From positions 1-25,121 of the forward strand of contig NW_021836932.1 in the NCBI RefSeq assembly GCF_006345805.1: a DNA stretch of 25,121 nt, read 5' to 3'. Positions 21,676-25,121 of the stretch are shown here, in pieces. The notes under the pieces are model-generated. The model was not told where the DNA came from. It searched no databases and saw only the letters and a list, made by a program, of their open reading frames with translations. A program made the translations under genes and the position numbers. Numbering within the stretch: the stretch's first letter is position 1; each line of letters starts with the position of its first letter. This DNA is from Octopus sinensis (taxonomy: Eukaryota).

Positions 21676-23115
21676 TATTTCTTTATTGCCCACAAGGGGC
21701 TAAACATAGAGGGGATAAACAAGGACAGACAAAGGGAGTAAGTCGATTACAGTGACTCCAGTGCATAACTGGTACTTAATTTATCGATCCGAAAGGATGG
21801 AAGGCAAAGTCGACCTCGGCGGAATTTGAATTCAGAACGGAACGGCAGACGAAATATCGCTTAGTATTTCGCTCGGTGTGCTAGCGTTTCTTATTTCTTT
21901 ATTGCTCACAAGGGACTAAACATAGAGGGGACAAACAAGGACAGACAAAGGGATTAAGTCGATTACATCGACCCCAGTGCGTAACTGGTACTTAATTTAT
22001 CGACCCCGTAAGAATGAAAGGCAGAGTCGTCCTCGGCGGACGAAATACTGCTAAGCATTTCGCCCAGCGTGCTACACGTTTCTTATTTCCTTATTACCCA
22101 CAAGGGGCTAAACACAGAGGGGACAAACAAGGACAGACAAAGAGATTAAGTCGATTATACCGACCCAATTGCGTAACTTGTACTTAATTTATCGACCCCG
22201 AAAGGATGAAAGGCAAAATCGACCTCAGCGGAATTTGAACTCAGAACGGCAGACGAAATACTGCTAAGCATTTCGCCCGGCGTGCTAACGTTTCTGCCAG
22301 CTCGCCGCCTTAGAATTGTAACAGTTATTGAAAAGACTTTGAACGAACAATTTATTTAACAGATGCAGACGAAATACCTATTTCTTTTACTACCCACAAG
22401 GGGCTAAACACAGGAGACAAACAAGGACAGACAAACGGATTAAGTCGATTAGATCAACCCCAGTGCGTAACTGGTACGTTATTTATCGATCCTGAAAGGC
22501 AAAGTCGACCTCGGCGGAATTTGAACTCAGAACGTAAACGGCAGACGAAACCCCGCTAAGTATTTCGCCCAGCGTGCTACGTTTCTTATTTCCTTATTAC
22601 CCACAAGGGGCTAAACACAGAGGGGACAAACAAGGACAGACAAAGAGATTAAGTCGTATTATACCACCCAATTGCGTAACTTGTACTTAATTTATCGACC
22701 CCGAAAGGATGAAAGGCAAACGACCTCAGCGGAATTTGAACTCAGAACGGCAGACGAAATACTGCTAAGCATTCGCCCGGCGTGCTAACGTTTCTGCCTG
22801 CCAGCTCGCCCCTTAGAATTGTAACAGTTATTGAAAAGACTTTGAACGAACAATTTATGTAACAGATGCAGACGAAATACCTATTTCTTTTACTACCCAA
22901 AAGGGGCTAAACACAAAGAGGACAAACAAGGACAGACAAACGGATTAAGTCGATTATATCGACCCCAATGCGTAACTGGTACTTAATTTATCGACCCCGA
23001 AAGGACGAAAGGCAAAGTCGACCACGGCGGAATTTGAACTCAGAACGTAAACGGCAGACGAAACTCCGCTAAGTATTTCGCCCTGCGTGCTAACGTTTCT
23101 GCCAGCTCGCCGCTT
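21676..23115 (-). mobile_element. Tandem array of six family-1 SINE units containing a ~503-bp higher-order duplication
   Basis: Units A 21676-21891, B 21892-22083, C 22084-22311, D 22378-22586, E 22587-22814, F 22881-23115. A near-identical ~53-bp spacer occurs at 22312-22364 and 22815-22867. Confidence 0.92.
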
Positions 23116-23523
23116 ATACGTTTCTGGCGTAAATCGAACCGAGTGAGGAACATTGTTACTTTTATTAACGATAGACAAAAAAAGGCGGTTTTGAATAGTG
23201 GTAGCAACGATGGTTGGCAAGGTGATGGGTACGGGTGGAGGGACTACATGGTGACGGTGAGATGAGAGCTGGGCAAACTATAGATCAAAGCAAACTTAAT
23301 TAATTTGTTTGTTGCGGTAAACAAAGAGAGGTGATGGAAGAGGATGTGGAAAGAGCGGGGGAAGAAGAAAAGGTAACACAAAGGAACCAGGCTAACCAGT
23401 CGGGATGCTATTCTGGTGGTTTTCACTAATAATAATGGCTCAGTAAACCGGGTGGAACAAAGCGAGGGAAAAGTACATTAGTGGACCAGACGAAAATAAT
23501 TGCAATTCTGGTGTGTACCATTC

Positions 23524-23540
23524 CATCCATCCATCTATCC

Positions 23541-23593
<53 letters not shown>

Positions 23594-23808
23594 GCATGCA
23601 TACACACACACAGATGCCACAAATGCGCAAACACACAGAAACACACAGATACAGACACACTCACATGCACACATATCTGTCCAATTTACCTGTCTGTCAG
23701 TCTGTCTTTCAGCCTGTCTGTCTGTTTGTCTGTCAATCTCTCTATCAGCCTGTCTATCTTATACAAACTCATGTAAAAAGCACATTATATATAAATTTGC
23801 ATGAATAT

Positions 23809-23849
<41 letters not shown>

Positions 23850-23862
23850 ACACATATATATG
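23524..23862. repeat. (TCCA)n/(TCTA)n/(CA)n/(CTGT)n microsatellites
   Basis: Direct inspection. Confidence 0.9.
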
Positions 23863-23863
23863 T

Positions 23864-24060
23864 GGAGGCGCAATGGCCCAGTGGTTAGGGCAGCGGACTC
23901 GCGATTGTAGGATCGCGGTTTCGCTTCCCAGACCGGGCGTTGTAAGTGTTTGTTGAGCGAAAACACCTAGAGCTCCACACGGCTCCGGCAGGGGGTGGTG
24001 GCGGTCCCTGCTGTACTCTTTCGCCACAACTTTCTCTCACTCTTTCTTCTGTTGGCCTGC
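23864..24060 (+). mobile_element. tRNA-derived SINE (distinct head), 3'-truncated where a family-1 SINE abuts it
   Basis: A box TGGCCCAGTGG (23874-23884), B-box-like GGTTTCGCTTCC (23917-23928). No complete tRNA cloverleaf. Confidence 0.75.
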
Positions 24061-24064
24061 TCAG

Positions 24065-24327
24065 AACTCAGAACGCAGCGGCAGACGAAATACCTGTTTC
24101 TTTACTACCCACAAGGGGCCAAACACAGAGAGGACAAACAAGGATAGACAAAGGAATTAAGTCGATTACATCGACTCCAGTGCGTAACGGGTACTTAATT
24201 TATCGACCTCGAAAGGATGAAAGGTAAAGTCGACCTCGGCGGAATTTGAACTCAGAACGCAGCGGCGGACGAAATACCGCAAGGCATTTCGCCCGGCGTG
24301 CTAACGATTCTGCCAGCTCGCCGCCTT
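24065..24327 (-). mobile_element. Full-length family-1 SINE (24094-24327) plus a 29-bp restart of its own internal sequence (24065-24093)
   Basis: Intact A and B boxes, central domain and tail. The extra piece shares the private GAACGCAGCGGC variant with the full copy. Confidence 0.9.
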
Positions 24328-24509
24328 ACTGCGCTTTATACTGACTGAGAACCCCTAATTGTTTTGGTTCAGGGCTTTTGAAGGTAAACATCCACCTGAG
24401 GCATAAATTTGTTTGAGGACTCCTTTTTTGTGGACAAAAGACAACCACTCCCTACCTAAAATTCCTACTGTAAATTCTTCCTACGACATTAAGCCACGCA
24501 AAGTCCACT

Positions 24510-24561
<52 letters not shown>

Positions 24562-24705
24562 CTGCACACACGCACATACCCACACATACATACACATATC
24601 TTCTACTCTTGCACTCTCCTGTCTTCCGGTCATTTCAAAATGTAACCGCGTGTGTATCGTTGGTGATTTTCATCCTCCGCCTTCCCTTCCTTGGGACTTA
24701 CCTCT

Positions 24706-24743
24706 ATTTCTGAAGAAGAGCTGCTTGGCACGAAACGTTAAAT
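24706..24743 (+). ncRNA. Minimal hammerhead-like motif (degenerate stem II)
   Basis: AUUU-CUGAAGA-A-GAGC(UGCUUG)GCAC-GAAAC-GUU-AAAU; same repeat family as 1120-1155. Confidence 0.6.
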
Positions 24744-25085
24744 CCCCTTTCTTTCCTTTCCTGAGCGTCTGATAATACAGCACTTGTACCACGTCCTCGC
24801 GTTATTGCCTTTTCTTGTTCTTCTTTGATTGGATTCACTATATATATATATAATAGAAATATTAAAATTACTAAGTCTCTCTAAAAGAGAACAGTGGCAG
24901 CGTTCCCGGAAAATAATAGTTATCGCCATACTAATATGGCATTCTTATAAAAGTAAGAATAAAGCTGTCCGCTTATTAGCTCCATGAGGCCATCGCCTTA
25001 AGTTAGCTATTTGATACACAAACTGTATCCCATATAATTCGAACAATTGAAAACCAAAACATAGAAATAATTTAATTAATATAAT

Positions 25086-25121
25086 ATACATTGAAAAAGG
25101 GGCAAACCCCGAAACGCGTCT
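25086..25121 (+). ncRNA. Degenerate minimal hammerhead-like motif, cut by the window end
   Basis: AUACA-UUGAAAA-A-GGGG(CAAA)CCCC-GAAAC-GC-GUC-U. Stem II is perfect and stem III is the ACGCGU palindrome, but the core has C3U and G8A changes. Confidence 0.55.

Noticed and set aside
21676-23115. CRISPR-like repeat/spacer appearance
   Set aside because: Units are ~200-240-bp SINE copies with Pol III boxes, the spacers are duplicated rather than unique, and the context is eukaryotic with no cas genes.
23864-23940. Possible tRNA gene (also 13870-13941)
   Set aside because: A and B boxes are present, but there is no complete cloverleaf and the sequence continues into a SINE body.

Overview
AT-rich, repeat-saturated eukaryotic non-coding DNA. 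The SINE/LINE content and microsatellite density look like an octopus (coleoid cephalopod) genome; this is inferred from repeat families I recognise, not from a search. I find no supportable host protein-coding gene: every listed ORF is either a microsatellite translation or a decayed retroelement frame. Mobile elements: a 5'-truncated CR1/L2-group LINE (3062-4476, -) inserted in a (TA)n tract; a decayed R4/Dong-like LINE (~8850-12800, -) interrupted by two non-autonomous Helitron insertions and a 159-nt foldback; an RTE-like 3' remnant; about 18 tRNA-derived SINE copies or fragments from at least three families, including head-to-tail multimers; and a MITE-like foldback. A ~4-kb CAC/CAT tract shows higher-order periodicity. 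The most notable hidden signal is five type I hammerhead-ribozyme motifs of the Penelope/retrozyme kind. Two have an intact catalytic core (830-887 and 6428-6495), and the latter has an extended stem I and a possible stem I/stem II pseudoknot.
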